Assembly: GCA_964199315.1 (NCBI GenBank)
Contig: OZ116704.1
Location: 26,226,001-26,290,000, forward strand
Length of the DNA stretch: 64,000 nucleotides
Direction: 5' to 3'
DNA from: Orbicella franksi
Taxonomy: Eukaryota
This document shows, piece by piece, positions 62,496 through 64,000 of the stretch (positions are counted from its first letter, which is position 1; each line of letters opens with the position of its first letter). The translations under genes and the position numbers were made by a program. The notes under the pieces were generated by a model, which saw only the letters and a program-made list of their open reading frames with translations, made no database searches and was not told where the DNA came from.

Positions 62496-64000
62496 GAGAA
62501 ACAATTGTTTCCACAACAAGTAAATTAATGACTGGAAAACATGTTAAAACTTACATCACTGCGCTTGGACGCTTGTAGTATGAGATGAAACCTTGAGAAC
62601 AATTGTGAAACCTTTTATTCGATTTAGCCGCCTTTTTGACCAGACTAAACATGGCAACTGTTTAATTTTTTAACACGAGAAAATTTGAAAGGATTTTTTA
62701 TAGTACACTGAGGTGTTAAATTCCTGAAGTATTGAGGTTTTGATAGATGACTGGGTTTATGAAAACTGTGTCATTGTAAAATACATTCCTTTGCGCCAGG
62801 TGAAACCTAAGACCTACAAATAACTCCAAGTGATGAAATACTGTATAAAAAAGAAAACGGTATAGTACGAAAAGGAAGATGGAAAAGTGAAAAGGAAAAA
62901 AACTGACTGCCATTACTCTGAATTTCTTTTTTATAATTATATCTGTCTACTTTGGAGGTATTGTCTGGCAAGAAAAAAAGGTTGAGTAAGGCGAGATTTT
63001 CATTGACACTATTTTCATAAATCGAGATATACCAGAACTAAATATTGTATTAAATTTGATTTTTTTTTTATATTTTAAATATGACAAATTCAACCCTATC
63101 TGGGTTAATGGTGCAAATTAGAGACCACCTTATAGGAAAGCGAGTGCTGAACAATCTGTACTTCTATGACTGAATAGAAACACAGGACTAGCACGAGTTG
63201 CTGACGAAATGATGAAGCGAGCAAAGAGAATTTACTTTTTGATAATAGAAATAAGCAAGTGATTGTTCTTCCTTCAGTTCTTACATTGTTTCTAAAAGAA
63301 ATAGAAAACACCTTTCGAGTTTTCATCAAGTTCTAGAAACACTCGTAAACGATTGTTTGAACTTAAAAACAGCTCAGTGTGGAAACATTCTCCTGCAGCT
63401 CGTGTTTCGGCGGCATTTCTCGTTTCGTCACGACCATTTTCTTGAATGGTTATGTTTAAAGCTGGCTTAGTACTATGATTTCTTAACGTTTAATTGTATG
63501 TTTCGTAATGAAAATATGTACAAATATTGGTCCCATCATTCTCTGCTTTTTTGTCTTTTCTTTTCAATTTATTTACTTATTTGTTTTTTCTATTTTGAAT
63601 TTTACAACCGGGATAAAATTTGTAATTTTTTGTGATTACTTAGCTTGCGAGAGCGGACGCCTTTTCTCGGCGTGTAAACCCAAAATCGATAACGACGTGT
63701 TCTATCGCAGACTAGTCACAACGCAGTTCGTTTAGCTTTTACTATTCTGAGTAGTTTTTGCCTTATTAAGTTAAATTATTGATTGTTTTATTTATTCTAT
63801 ATTCTGTGGCAAATAAATGCTTAGTTGCGCATGTTGTTTGCAAAAACTTCCACTTGCGTACGAAACTGAAAACATGAAATTGCTTTCTACACGTGTAGAA
63901 AACTTCAAATTAAGTGCGCCCGATCGTAATAACTTAGGCAGCGTCTGCACTAAGCCGGAGAAATTTGAAAACGCAGCTTGGTTAGGCCTACCGTCCACAC

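Noticed and set aside
430-63998. Remaining short ORFs of 60-150 aa in the track
   Set aside because: They overlap repeats, lie antisense to the real ORFs, or have no coding signature.

Overview
AT-rich eukaryotic genomic DNA, most likely a stony coral or other cnidarian. This is inferred from the style of the MITE, SINE, Penelope and RTE repeats; no database search was possible. The main content is a cluster of four paralogous genes encoding largely low-complexity S/Q/N/R-rich proteins, arranged divergently: P1 (4420-8201, minus), P2 (30131-33757, minus), P3 (49101-51212, plus, probably two coding exons) and P4 (58728-62495, plus). Each has one very large coding exon preceded by a canonical 3' splice acceptor. 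All four share the motif G[YFC]A[FY]DHxxxPK[LI]V[GA]V[HL]S and carry psi-K-x-E SUMO-acceptor consensus sites. P1, P2 and P4 share a C-terminal helical module (L..K[IV]..T..R[IF]..EN[IV].WK[KR]K.L). P2 and P4 also share a 51-aa beta-rich module and end in a SIM-like V.VIDD[DE]. I do not recognise the family. My best hypothesis, by inference, is a lineage-specific set of SUMO-linked nuclear adaptors with an ATF7IP-FNIII-binding-like motif. Between the two gene pairs lie tRNA-Glu(CTC), tRNA-Val(AAC), a 114-bp palindrome-rich minisatellite, an EnSpm/CACTA transposase fragment, and two 5'-truncated retroelements stacked in one (TAA)n microsatellite: a Penelope-like element with an intact type I hammerhead ribozyme and an R4/Dong-like element. 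Elsewhere there is a second, solo hammerhead, an RTE LINE remnant, SINEs, many MITEs, remnants of an ING-type PHD finger and a kinase N-lobe, and a 137-N assembly gap.
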